The notes under the pieces are model-generated. The model was given only the letters and a program-made list of their open reading frames with translations. It did not search any database and had not been told where the DNA came from. This document shows, in pieces, positions 39,119-48,891 of a stretch of DNA of 64,000 nt. Position numbers and translations under genes: made by a program. Source of the DNA: Minisyncoccia bacterium (lineage in GTDB: Bacteria > Patescibacteriota > Minisyncoccia > Phycocordibacterales > UBA5272); assembly GCA_038256975.1 (NCBI GenBank), contig JBBSJU010000001.1, positions 59,087 through 123,086 of the forward strand, read 5' to 3'. Each line of letters opens with the position of its first letter. The stretch's first letter is position 1.

Positions 39119-40252
39119 ATGTGGGCATGGTTGTATGAAAAGGTTCGGCATATAGATTTTCTTATCGTCGGAGCTGCGGCCACGATTACTATTTTTGGTA
39201 TCGTAACCATGTATGGTTTTGCAGAGGAAAGCAATTTTGGACAAAGACAACTTGTGTGGCTGAGTATTTCTCTAGTTGTGTTTTTTGTGGCATCACAATT
39301 TGAATATCGCACACTGCGGAAGACGGGAGTTGTTCTTGGCCTGTTTGGAGTGTCGGTAGGGCTGCTTATTTTGGTAACTATAGTTGGAAATGTCGTAAAA
39401 GGTGCGCAGAGCTGGTTTAGTTTAGGGTTCGCATCATTTCAGCCAACTGATCTTGCGAAACTTGCACTGATTTTTTTGCTTGCAAAATATCTAGCAAAAC
39501 GTCATGTTGAAATCGCACATATACGGCATATTATTGTTTCTGGGCTGTACGCGCTTATTCCCACAGTTCTTGTGCTTTTGCAGCCAGACTTAGGGTCGGC
39601 GCTGGTGCTTTCGGGAATATGGTTTTGTTTGGTGCTGGTTTCTGGCATTTCAAAAAAACACCTTGCTTTGGTACTCGGAGGGGCTTTTGTTGCATTTGTC
39701 CTTGCGTGGGTATTTGTGTTTGCTCCGTATCAAAAAGACCGTATCAAGACCTTTATTGACCCACTCTCTGATATTCGTGGATCTGGTTACAATGTCTACC
39801 AGTCGCAGATTGCTATCGGCTCAGGCGGTGTATTTGGCAAAGGAGTAGGTTTTGGAACACAGTCACGTCTTGAGTTTTTACCAGAACATCAAACAGACTT
39901 TATTTTTGCTGCTTTTGCGGAGGAGTGGGGTTTTATTGGTGTCTTTGTCGTACTTGGATTGTTCTTACTTTTTTTGTGGCGATTGCTTGCTATTGCCCTT
40001 ACTTCAGCGACTAACTTTGAGCTCTTTGCTGTGCTTGGAATTATTTTTTTGTTTTTAATTCACATCGTTGTAAATGTGGGTATGAATCTTGGCATCATGC
40101 CGGTAACAGGAATTCCACTTCCATTTATGAGCTATGGAGGATCACACTTGCTTACAGAATGGATTGCACTTGGCGTGGTGATGGGAATGCGAAAGTACGA
40201 ACGTATTGCTCATCGTGACAAACTTAACTACGAATTTTTAGGAGTAGAGTAA
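39119..40252 (+). CDS. rodA: Rod shape-determining SEDS glycosyltransferase RodA
   Basis: GAQSW, FQP, LQPDLGS, AIGSGG..GKG, LPE.QTDFIF, GIPLPFMSYGGS. Confidence 0.88.
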   Translation: MWAWLYEKVRHIDFLIVGAAATITIFGIVTMYGFAEESNFGQRQLVWLSISLVVFFVASQFEYRTLRKTGVVLGLFGVSVGLLILVTIVGNVVKGAQSWFSLGFASFQPTDLAKLALIFLLAKYLAKRHVEIAHIRHIIVSGLYALIPTVLVLLQPDLGSALVLSGIWFCLVLVSGISKKHLALVLGGAFVAFVLAWVFVFAPYQKDRIKTFIDPLSDIRGSGYNVYQSQIAIGSGGVFGKGVGFGTQSRLEFLPEHQTDFIFAAFAEEWGFIGVFVVLGLFLLFLWRLLAIALTSATNFELFAVLGIIFLFLIHIVVNVGMNLGIMPVTGIPLPFMSYGGSHLLTEWIALGVVMGMRKYERIAHRDKLNYEFLGVE

Positions 40253-41373
40253 AGGATAAATATTTTTTCGAGCATTTCTTTCTTCGCATATTCACGGAGG
40301 ACTTTTTCATAGAGTGCCTGAGCATAGGATTCCATGATATCTTTGTTTGTGACAGCAAATGAAAGCGCGAGTGAAAGTTCACGAACATCTTCTTTTGATA
40401 CTAGGAGACCAGTTTTTTGATGCTCGATGATTTCAGGGATTCCGCCGATTCTGCTTGCTATACAAGGGATTTTGGCTATTCCTGCTTCAAGGAGTGCGTA
40501 GCCAAGTGCTTCTGTTCGCGACGGTAATACAAAAACTGTAAAAGCCTTGAGGTATTCCTTAGCATTCTGAACGTGTCCTAAAAGGATAATGTCTTGGGTG
40601 AGTTTTTCTTGGGAGATAACTTTTTCTAGAGATGCCCGTTCTTCGCCACCACCGACAATGCAGAGTTTTGTGTGTGGATATTGTTTGTGTATCTGTGCAA
40701 ATGCGTGGATAAGAATGTCGAGCCCTTTATTTTTGTGTAGATCAGCAATGGTTCCGAAAACAAAAGCTTGTGGTGGAAAGGGGAGATGGAGTGCAACCCG
40801 AGCGTTTTCTTTGCCGTACATAGAAAATGTATCGAGACCATTTTTTATGGTGGAAACTTTTTTGGAGAGTAAAAAATCTGGCGCTTGTGCGTGTGTGGTC
40901 TCTGAAACTGTAATTATGTTCGTTGAGAAAAGAATGGTTAGCCACTCTAAAAAACGAAAAAGTATTTTCTGCCATTCAGGATAGCTTTCGTTATGTAGCC
41001 AACCATGGGCAGTGAAAATGATTTTTGGAATGCGCGCAAGTCGCGCGGCTAAACTTCCGACCACGCCTGCCTTTGAGCTATGGATATGAACAATGTCAGG
41101 ACGTTCTTTTCTGAGTATTTTTTGCAATGTAAAAATGATGCGCACATTTCCCCAAAGACCCACTTTTTGTTCGAACAAAGGAACGTGAATACGCGTAATA
41201 CTGAGTAATGAGATTTTGTCAGAAAGCTCACCTTCCGTGCTGTACATAATTCCTGTTTCGAATCCTCGGGTTTTTGCTTCGTATAAAAGGTCGTACACAT
41301 AGACTTGTGGACCTCCCCAGGCAGCTTTTGTAATTATATGAAGTATCTTAGGCGGCGCTTTGGAATCATCCAT
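40228..41373 (-). CDS. Glycosyltransferase family 4
   Basis: HSSKAG, FTAHGW, PS.TEALG..LLEA, GGIPEII. Confidence 0.9.
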   Translation of the reverse strand: MDDSKAPPKILHIITKAAWGGPQVYVYDLLYEAKTRGFETGIMYSTEGELSDKISLLSITRIHVPLFEQKVGLWGNVRIIFTLQKILRKERPDIVHIHSSKAGVVGSLAARLARIPKIIFTAHGWLHNESYPEWQKILFRFLEWLTILFSTNIITVSETTHAQAPDFLLSKKVSTIKNGLDTFSMYGKENARVALHLPFPPQAFVFGTIADLHKNKGLDILIHAFAQIHKQYPHTKLCIVGGGEERASLEKVISQEKLTQDIILLGHVQNAKEYLKAFTVFVLPSRTEALGYALLEAGIAKIPCIASRIGGIPEIIEHQKTGLLVSKEDVRELSLALSFAVTNKDIMESYAQALYEKVLREYAKKEMLEKIFILYSTPKNS

Positions 41374-41405
41374 AGGGAGAGTAGAATGGTAACCATAATA
41401 ATACC

Positions 41406-42740
41406 ATGTTTCAGTCATCCGTACTTACACCTACTAAGAAATCCTTCATCGTGTTTCTTGATGTTGCGGCGCTTTTTATTGCAATATGGCTTGCGTTAAG
41501 TGCGCGAGATTTTTCTATTGTAAGTTATCAGAAATATCTCGACCATGTTATTGCCTTTAGTCCAATAGTATTGTTCAGCATAGCTGCTTTTTTTGTCAGT
41601 AATCTATACGAGGACGATCTCTATCTCGTACGTCAAAGGACAATGTATCGCATTGCCTCGTCGTTTGTGTTCATAACTTTTGTTGCGGTTGGTATATTTT
41701 ACACATATCCATATCAGGGCATAACTCCAAAAAGCATTTTGTTCTTGTTTGTGGTTTTCGGGGCCTCATTCATTACCTTGATTCGTTTTAGTCTTGTGCC
41801 ACTTTTTTTACGCACAAAGACATTGCGGGCGTGTCTTATTGCAACTGGTCCAGAATCTGATGATGTCTATGCGCACGTGAATACGTATGCACACATTCCA
41901 ATTCATTTTGATGATTTAGTGCCTTTAGAAACAAGTGCCCAGTATTTACGAATACACACCAAAGATCATTTTGATTGCGTCGTCATAAATACAAAACGCC
42001 ACTTAGGCGAAGAATTGCAAGAGCTCTTATTTGAAAAAGTAAAACAAGGAACACTGATTATTGATGAAACACACCTGTATGAAACTCTTTTCAAAAAAGT
42101 TGAATTGAGTGACGCTAATTATCGCGTATTTTTTGAACCACTCTCTTCGTCTAAAAAAATATTCATTGCTTGGAAACGCCTGGTAGATATTTGTGTGGCT
42201 ATTCCTCTTTCGTTTGTCAGTGTTGTTTTAATTGTCCTTGCAGCTGTGTGTATTAAACTCGAAGATCGAGGACCTGTTTTCATCACACAGATTCGTTTGG
42301 GAAAGTTTGGTAAGCGTATTTCACTTTTCAAACTTCGTACCATGACACAAAGTGATACAGGGAAGTGGCTGAAAGAAAGCGATAACCAAAACAAAGTAAC
42401 AAGGGTAGGATATTTTTTACGCAAGAGTCGTATCGATGAATTACCACAGTTGTGGAATATTTTGAAAGGGGAACTCTCGCTCATTGGCCCTCGTCCTGAT
42501 CTCGAAGGATTCGTTTCTCGTTTAGAAGAAGCTATTCCGTACTACAATCTTCGCTATACAGTAACGCCTGGACTTTCTGGCTGGGCGCAAATAAATCAAG
42601 AGAAGCCACCACAATCTGTCGAAGAAACACGAGAACGCCTTGCATACGATCTTTATTATGTGAAGTATCGTTCCATGGGCCTTGATTTATATATTGGATT
42701 TAAAACAATTAAAACCTTGCTTTCACGAACAGGAATGTGA
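41406..42740 (+). CDS. Polyprenyl-phosphate sugar transferase (WcaJ/WbaP-like)
   Basis: KR..DI, K.RTM, LRKSRIDELPQLWNILKGE.SLIGPRP, PGLSGWAQ. Confidence 0.9.
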   Translation: MFQSSVLTPTKKSFIVFLDVAALFIAIWLALSARDFSIVSYQKYLDHVIAFSPIVLFSIAAFFVSNLYEDDLYLVRQRTMYRIASSFVFITFVAVGIFYTYPYQGITPKSILFLFVVFGASFITLIRFSLVPLFLRTKTLRACLIATGPESDDVYAHVNTYAHIPIHFDDLVPLETSAQYLRIHTKDHFDCVVINTKRHLGEELQELLFEKVKQGTLIIDETHLYETLFKKVELSDANYRVFFEPLSSSKKIFIAWKRLVDICVAIPLSFVSVVLIVLAAVCIKLEDRGPVFITQIRLGKFGKRISLFKLRTMTQSDTGKWLKESDNQNKVTRVGYFLRKSRIDELPQLWNILKGELSLIGPRPDLEGFVSRLEEAIPYYNLRYTVTPGLSGWAQINQEKPPQSVEETRERLAYDLYYVKYRSMGLDLYIGFKTIKTLLSRTGM

Positions 42741-42944
42741 TTTCAGAAAGGTTTGGAACAAACCCACCTGAAATCACCCAGCGCTGTCGCTGCCTCCCTT
42801 GCGACAAGTCGGGTAGAATTTGAAACCAAATTCAATAAAAATTCATCCAGCAGGCAACTGTATTTTTGTTGCGAGTCGGAAACGTTTGAAACGAACCTTC
42901 TTTTTATCCAGCGACGTCGCTGCCTTTATCGCAACAAGTTAGGT
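42737..42944 (-). repeat. Tandem array of three degenerate stem-loop units
   Basis: CCAGC...AGT(C/T)(G/A)G hairpins at 42777, 42846 and 42907, each preceded by a TTTG(G)AA-containing hairpin. Confidence 0.65.
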
Positions 42945-42949
42945 AAATT

Positions 42950-44086
42950 TTAAAGCCCGTAAGTATTTTTAGTCATAGAAACCATATTTTCAAACGTTAT
43001 TAATCCATAATGAGGCTGAGGTTCTTGCGAAAGGTCGGCGACTTGTTTTATGGCTTCACACAAAGCTTCTGGATTACTTGGCGGAACAAGAATATCAACA
43101 TTTCTATTCATTATTTCCGGTGCTGCAATAATCGAAGTCGCGACTCTCGCAATACCTGCATGCCCCGCTTCAAGAAGAACATAGACAAATCCTTCCTTAA
43201 TAGACGGTAAGACTAAAGCATCAAACGCTTTTAAATATTGTGATGCGTCGGGGACAAAGCCAGCAAAAAAAACATTTTGCTCTAGTCCCAGAGTTTTAAC
43301 TTGGTACTCTAAATCTTCACGCAGCTCGCCGTCTCCCATTACTATATACACAAATGTGTCACCATATCTTTTTTTATATAAAGCGAATGCTTCAAGTGCA
43401 TATCGTATTCCTTTGTTTTGGTTTAAAAGACTTATTGAGCAAAACCTTTTTTTATTCCTCGTATCAATATGTTTTTTTGCAGCTTGTATGAGAGACAACA
43501 ATTTTTCTTGAGCATCCACTTTGGATAAAAATAAGGGAGAAGGTATTGCAAGAGGTATGACAACTAACTTTTTTTGCACTAAAAACCAATGGGCAACGGC
43601 ATCAAATTCTTTTTGGGCAGTAACAATAACTACATGAGAAGATATGCAGGTTATCCATGAGATACATTTAAAAATGAAACGCGTTATCCAAGGCCGATGC
43701 AATTCTTTAAAGACCCAGCCATGGCTTGTAAAGATGATTTTTTTAATACCACAGAGTCTGCCAAGAATTGCGCCGACCGCTCCTATTTTTGAACTATTGA
43801 TGTGGAGCACATCAGGTTTTTCTGTTTTTAAGATTGACCAAAATTCAAATAGGAGTCCAATTTCTTTTAAAAAATTAATATCTCGCTGTCCATGCTGCAA
43901 GCGAATTGTCTGCACAGCCTCTTTTTGAAGGTGGCCAAGGAGTGAGCCTGTGCCACCAGCAACAACACGTACTAAATGTCCTTCTTTTTGCAAATATGCA
44001 GATATATCAAAAACGTATTTTTGGGCACCGCCCCAGTTTGAATCAGTAATTGCAATAAGAATCTTTTTTTGCTTTGGCATTGTCAT
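42950..44086 (-). CDS. Glycosyltransferase family 4
   Basis: WGGAQKYV, NSSK.G, FTSHGW, PSIKEGF..VLLEA. Confidence 0.9.
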   Translation of the reverse strand: MTMPKQKKILIAITDSNWGGAQKYVFDISAYLQKEGHLVRVVAGGTGSLLGHLQKEAVQTIRLQHGQRDINFLKEIGLLFEFWSILKTEKPDVLHINSSKIGAVGAILGRLCGIKKIIFTSHGWVFKELHRPWITRFIFKCISWITCISSHVVIVTAQKEFDAVAHWFLVQKKLVVIPLAIPSPLFLSKVDAQEKLLSLIQAAKKHIDTRNKKRFCSISLLNQNKGIRYALEAFALYKKRYGDTFVYIVMGDGELREDLEYQVKTLGLEQNVFFAGFVPDASQYLKAFDALVLPSIKEGFVYVLLEAGHAGIARVATSIIAAPEIMNRNVDILVPPSNPEALCEAIKQVADLSQEPQPHYGLITFENMVSMTKNTYGL

Positions 44087-44213
44087 GGCCTTAATTTTAG
44101 TGAGTACGTGTCAGGTGTGAGGTTATTTCTAGTATACATGGTTACTATGGAGATGTGGAATAAGGAAAAAGGTAGTGGTTTTCTTGTACATACACCATGG
44201 TATAGTTGGAAGT

Positions 44214-45272
44214 ATGCAAGGGAAGACCATTTTTATTACTGGCGGTGCTGGATATGTGGGTGCAATGCTGTGCGACCAATTTTCCAAACGTGCTGATGTC
44301 GAAAAAGTTATCACTATCGACAAAGAACCAGAAACAGATCTGACAAAAGGCAATGCAAAGATTTTGTATATACAACAAAATCTCGCCGATGATGGGTGGC
44401 AGACTATTATTAATGAGCATAAGCCGTCGATTATTATCCATACCGCCTGGCAAATTCGCGAAATCTATGGCAATCGGCCACTTTCTTGGAAATGGAATAT
44501 TGAAGGGTCGGACAAGGTGTTTGATTTTGCTTTTTCACACGAATATGTAGAGCGCCTTACGCATTTTTCTACAGTGGCTTCCTATGGTGCATTTGCCGAA
44601 AATACACTTGAGCATCGTTTTACTGAGAATGAATCATTTCGCAAAACAAACTACCTATATGCTGAGGAGAAACGTATAGCAGAAGAACATCTGCAAGAAA
44701 AATATCAAGAACTCAAAAAACAAGGGAAAAAACTCCCTCAGGTTTCGATTATTCGCCCAGCCGCTATCACCGGCCCCCGGGGTCGTTACGAACGTATTCG
44801 TTTTGGGCTATATGGTATTTTAAAAAATCAACTCAAACAAAGCTTCATTCACCGAGCTCTTTCGTATGTAACAGTATTTGTTCCAGTAACTAAAAAATGG
44901 TTGCGCCAATATGTTCATGAAGATGATATTACTGATATTGTCGAGCTTCTTTCATTTGGAAATGTAAGTCATGAATATGAAGCATTTAATGCCTCTCCAT
45001 CTGGTAGTGTGATTCTCGCCAAAGATATGGCTCGCATTGTTGGTAAGACTCCTGTGCGTATTCATCCATATTTGATTCGGGGTGCATTCTTCTTTTTTTG
45101 GCATCTAACCCGAGGGAGAATTCCAACAGCAGAGGGAAGTTGGAAAGGGTATTCATATCCGATTGCGGTTGACGGCTCAAAAATCACAAAAATGTATGAT
45201 TATCAGTACAAAATGTCTTCAACTGAAGCGTTTGTAAAAAATGAGGGGAGGTACAAGGTTGATCTTTCATAA
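44214..45272 (+). CDS. NAD-dependent epimerase/dehydratase
   Basis: ITGGAGYVG, STVASYG, YAEEK (YxxxK). Confidence 0.88.
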   Translation: MQGKTIFITGGAGYVGAMLCDQFSKRADVEKVITIDKEPETDLTKGNAKILYIQQNLADDGWQTIINEHKPSIIIHTAWQIREIYGNRPLSWKWNIEGSDKVFDFAFSHEYVERLTHFSTVASYGAFAENTLEHRFTENESFRKTNYLYAEEKRIAEEHLQEKYQELKKQGKKLPQVSIIRPAAITGPRGRYERIRFGLYGILKNQLKQSFIHRALSYVTVFVPVTKKWLRQYVHEDDITDIVELLSFGNVSHEYEAFNASPSGSVILAKDMARIVGKTPVRIHPYLIRGAFFFFWHLTRGRIPTAEGSWKGYSYPIAVDGSKITKMYDYQYKMSSTEAFVKNEGRYKVDLS

Positions 45273-45275
45273 GTA

Positions 45276-45331
45276 TTGACAAGTATCGTATATCCATGTT
45301 ATAATACAAGAAGTCAAAAAGCTCTTTAAAA
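45276..45331 (+). promoter_or_regulatory. Sigma70 promoter with boxA-like element
   Basis: TTGACA-18-TATAAT followed by GCTCTTTAAAA. Confidence 0.65.
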
Positions 45332-45334
45332 CAA

Positions 45335-45515
45335 GGTTTGCCCTAGCTTTAAGTACTCAAACTCCGCAGGAACACAAAGGAAATGCACACGTTCTCGCTT
45401 TGCAAAGCGAGCCGCTCCGCTCGATGAATTTTCTACTAAAAATTCATCTGCGCGAGGCATTTCCTTTGTGTCTTGCTTCGTTTCAGTTTTGAATGTTTAA
45501 AGCTATGGCAAACCT
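45335..45515 (+). repeat. Structured repeat family A, copy 2, inside a long hairpin leader
   Basis: Core 45383-45460 matches 13404-13482; outer arms differ in sequence but still pair. Confidence 0.85.
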
Positions 45516-45575
45516 GCAAGATTGCAGTTTAGGTCCGCTAGCAGAAGCACACGTGCTTCAAAATGGAGAAAAGAC

Positions 45576-46229
45576 ATGTCTTATTCTTTCGAACAAGTCG
45601 CCCAACTCGTCAACAAATTGAAAAAGATGGGTTGGGGCCCCGAGTGTGTCACGGCACTCGGACAAGCCGACACTCGAAAGTTCCGTGCCATCGAGACGAT
45701 TCTCGAGGGCAAGACCCTCGAGGAAGCAATCAAAGCTGCCGTCGCGATGAAAGTGGATGTGCTCGCCGATGACACTTCCCACTTGCGCTTTCTCGAATCG
45801 GTGGAGCTCGCCCCGACTTCAGGCAAGGTGACACTTGCTCAGTCGAGCGACATTTTTAACGTGGACCTCAACTTCAAGAATTGGGGCACCGATAAGTCGG
45901 GAAGCGATACTCAGGGACAAACGGCACTGATCTACGAGATGAAGAAAGACGGCACTTTCGTCGCTCTCTTCAACTCGTTCGGAGCCGACCTCTCGAGCCT
46001 TGTGTGGCAACAAGGTCAGATTCGTGAGTTCTGTGCTTCGCACCGCCACCTTCTCTGTCAGGATGGTTACGGCACTTTCTTCCTCTTCGAGGTCGACAAG
46101 AAGCTGTTCGTTGCCGACGTGATCGTGGGTGGCGGCAGGCTCTGCGCCGATGTCCGCCGCGTTTCGGACGACGGCGTCTGGGGTGCCGCCTTTCGTCGTC
46201 GGTTGGTGGTACCGCAACAGACCATTTGA
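45576..46229 (+). CDS. Putative DGR target protein with C-terminal variable-region-like segment
   Basis: C-terminal FVADV.V....L.ADV...SDD.VW.A..R.RLVVP; last about 100 nt strongly A-depleted with NNC/NNT codons; downstream hairpin. Confidence 0.65.
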   Translation: MSYSFEQVAQLVNKLKKMGWGPECVTALGQADTRKFRAIETILEGKTLEEAIKAAVAMKVDVLADDTSHLRFLESVELAPTSGKVTLAQSSDIFNVDLNFKNWGTDKSGSDTQGQTALIYEMKKDGTFVALFNSFGADLSSLVWQQGQIREFCASHRHLLCQDGYGTFFLFEVDKKLFVADVIVGGGRLCADVRRVSDDGVWGAAFRRRLVVPQQTI

Positions 46230-46257
46230 TTTTTTGCTCTAAACCTTTGAATCTTTG

Positions 46258-46306
46258 TCCCTTGGACCCTTTCGATTTGTTTCGGAAGGGTCCAAGGGAT
46301 TTTTTG
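46258..46306 (+). terminator. Long hairpin/terminator after the DGR-target-like gene
   Basis: TCCCTTGGACCCTTTCGA/TCGGAAGGGTCCAAGGGA followed by a T-tract. Confidence 0.75.
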
Positions 46307-46484
46307 TATACTGTATACGCATGAAGAAAATGATGCGGAATGTCTCCGAGAAAAATGTTGCTTCCTACAAAGGGATGTTGGGGTGGGGGAATGGGTGGGG
46401 GTTGGAGCAGGTGCTTGAAAAAGCAACGCTGGGGGATCTTTTATAGACTTGTGTTTTTGTGGTTTTTGTGTAATTATATGCCCC

Positions 46485-47135
46485 ATGATTACACTTTCAG
46501 CCACGACGCGAGACGCGTTCCCATCAGTCGAAAAAGCACGTGAAGCCGGATTCATTCCTGCTGTATTTTACGGTTCACACAAAGCATCGACTTCTATTTT
46601 TGTTTCTCAAGCTCTTTTTACTAAAACTCTTAAAGATGCTGGAGAGTCAACGCTAATCACTATTGATACTGGTTCTGAAAAAGTATCAGTCCTGATTCAT
46701 GATGTGCAGTTTGACCCAGTAACAGACCGAGCGCTTCATGTTGACTTCTATGCAGTTGATGCAAACGAGAAACTAGAAGTTGGAGTGAAACTTGAGTTCG
46801 TCGGAGTTTCTGAAGCAGTGAAGAGTCTTGGTGGAACATTGGTGAAAGTAGCACATGAACTTGAAGTGAAGTGTCTTCCTAAAGATCTTCCTCATGAAAT
46901 CGTTGTTGATATCTCGAAACTCGAGAATCTCGATAGCGTTATTACCGTTGCCGACCTTACACTTCCATCCGGAGTAGTTGCAAAAGCATCTGCGGAAGAA
47001 GTTATCGCATCAATTGCTGTTGGAAAAGAAGAAGATCTTTCAGCTCCAGTTGCAGGCCCTGATCTTGAGGCTATTGAAGTAGAAAAGAAGGGTAAGAAGG
47101 ATGAAGAGGGCACAGAAACCCCCGCTGCGGAATAA
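46485..47135 (+). CDS. rplY: 50S ribosomal protein L25/Ctc
   Basis: G.IPAVFYG, DVQFDPV....HVDFY, CLP..LP..I.VDIS. Confidence 0.95.
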   Translation: MITLSATTRDAFPSVEKAREAGFIPAVFYGSHKASTSIFVSQALFTKTLKDAGESTLITIDTGSEKVSVLIHDVQFDPVTDRALHVDFYAVDANEKLEVGVKLEFVGVSEAVKSLGGTLVKVAHELEVKCLPKDLPHEIVVDISKLENLDSVITVADLTLPSGVVAKASAEEVIASIAVGKEEDLSAPVAGPDLEAIEVEKKGKKDEEGTETPAAE

Positions 47136-47207
47136 GTTTTTAGGTCACATCTATAAAAAACAGCCGTTACTATGAGTATAGACGGCTGTTTTGCTATACT
47201 AAAAATT

Positions 47208-48551
47208 ATGAATATTCCTTTGAAAGTTTTTTTGATTGCACTTTTGTTTGCGAGCGTTCTTTCTCCGAAGCTTTCAAACGCCCAGCAAGCGTGTCCAACA
47301 GCAAGTCCTGAAAAGGAAATTTGTGAGGCAAAATTGCGTGAAGAACTAGCAAAAGTTGAAGCAGAAATTGCCGAGAAACAAAGCCAAATTAAAGAGACAC
47401 AGGCTGAGGCAAAAACCCTAAAAGGTGATATTTCGGTGTTGAACAATAAGATAGATCAGTCTGCTTTGAAGATTAAATCTCACGGTATTGTCATTACTAA
47501 GATCAGCGGTGAGATTACAACGAAACAAAGTACAATACAGCAACTTGATCAAAAGCTCGACAGGCAGCGTGCTGCACTTGCTCAGATACTACGTCGCAGT
47601 GAAGAGATTGAAAAAACTTCTCTTATTGAGGGCGCACTCAGGAAACAAACACTCTCTGATTTTGTGTCGCAAGCAGAGGAATATCGCTTAGTAAAGCTTG
47701 CTATGAAAGATACTTTTGAAGAAGTAAAAGAAACAAAAGAAGAAACACAGGAAGTAAAAGAGTCTCTTGAGACAAAGAAAACTGAGCAAGAAAAATTAAA
47801 GATTCAGCAAGAAGTTGAACGAAAAAAGGCTGAACAAAACAAACAGGTAAAAGCGGTCGTACTAAAAGAAACACAAGGAAAGGAAAGTGAGTACCAAAAA
47901 GATCTTAAAGAAAAACAAGCAAAGGCTGCGGCAATTCGAAATGCTCTTTTTGCCCTTCGTGACGCAAGTGCGATTAAGTTTGGCGACGCACTTGCATATG
48001 CAAATGAAGCATTTGAGATTACCGGTGTTCGCCCAGCATTTATTCTAGCTATCCTTACTCAGGAATCAAACTTAGGGAAAAATACAGGACGCTGTTATTT
48101 GAAAAATGTAGATGGTTCTGGGGTAAACACAAGTGGCACTGTATTTAAAAATGTCATGAGTCCAACGCGTGACGTACCTCCATATTTGGAAGTTGCAAAG
48201 GAACTTGGTTTTGATCCGTTCGAACGACTTATTTCGTGCCCACTTAATGTTGGTTGGGGTGGCGCGATGGGACCAGCACAGTTCATTGCATCAACATGGA
48301 ACGGGTACAAGGCGAAGGTTGCAGCCGCTGAAGGTAAAGCAATAGCAAACCCATGGTTACCACGAGACGCCATTATGGCATCTGCTTTTCTTCATAAAGA
48401 TAACGGTGCCGTGACCGATGAACGTAACGCTGCCTGTCGATACTACTCAGGACGGTCATGTTCGAGTGTTTCAAATTCGTATGGAAATAGCGTTGTGGCC
48501 CTTGCCAAGAAGATTCAAGCTGAGCAGATTAACCCGTTGCAAGGCTTCTAG
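47208..48551 (+). CDS. Secreted coiled-coil lytic murein transglycosylase (SLT_2/MltB-like)
   Basis: Signal peptide, long coiled coil, AIL.QES..G, GGAMGPAQFI.STW. Confidence 0.8.
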   Translation: MNIPLKVFLIALLFASVLSPKLSNAQQACPTASPEKEICEAKLREELAKVEAEIAEKQSQIKETQAEAKTLKGDISVLNNKIDQSALKIKSHGIVITKISGEITTKQSTIQQLDQKLDRQRAALAQILRRSEEIEKTSLIEGALRKQTLSDFVSQAEEYRLVKLAMKDTFEEVKETKEETQEVKESLETKKTEQEKLKIQQEVERKKAEQNKQVKAVVLKETQGKESEYQKDLKEKQAKAAAIRNALFALRDASAIKFGDALAYANEAFEITGVRPAFILAILTQESNLGKNTGRCYLKNVDGSGVNTSGTVFKNVMSPTRDVPPYLEVAKELGFDPFERLISCPLNVGWGGAMGPAQFIASTWNGYKAKVAAAEGKAIANPWLPRDAIMASAFLHKDNGAVTDERNAACRYYSGRSCSSVSNSYGNSVVALAKKIQAEQINPLQGF

Positions 48552-48572
48552 TTTCGTGGTATATTGGCACGC

Positions 48573-48842
48573 ATGAAGAAAGACGTACATCCAAACAATT
48601 TTCGCCCGGTACTCTTTATTGACACCACAAATGGTGCTCAGTTTTTGATTAGTTCCACAGTTGATTCAAAAGAAACTGGCGTATACGAAAAAGACAAGAA
48701 AGAATATCCTGTGTGCCGTGTAGAAATTTCAAGTTCGACACACCCTTTTTATACTGGACAGGATGTTGTGCTTGACACTGCTGGACGAGTAGACAAGTTC
48801 AAGAAACGACAAGAAGCAACTAACGCAAAGAAATCAAAGTAA
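48573..48842 (+). CDS. rpmE2: 50S ribosomal protein L31 type B
   Basis: [27 protein letters not shown]; no CxC/CxxC motifs. Confidence 0.92.
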   Translation: MKKDVHPNNFRPVLFIDTTNGAQFLISSTVDSKETGVYEKDKKEYPVCRVEISSSTHPFYTGQDVVLDTAGRVDKFKKRQEATNAKKSK

Positions 48843-48891
48843 GTGCGTACTCACAAACATCGCTCTCTTTCGGGGCGATTTTTGTATTATT

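Noticed and set aside
42737-42944. CRISPR array or integron attC sites (TTTGAAAC ends; ACCTAAC on the minus strand)
   Set aside because: Units are too degenerate, there is no repeat-spacer regularity, and no cas or integrase gene is in the window; kept only as a structured tandem repeat
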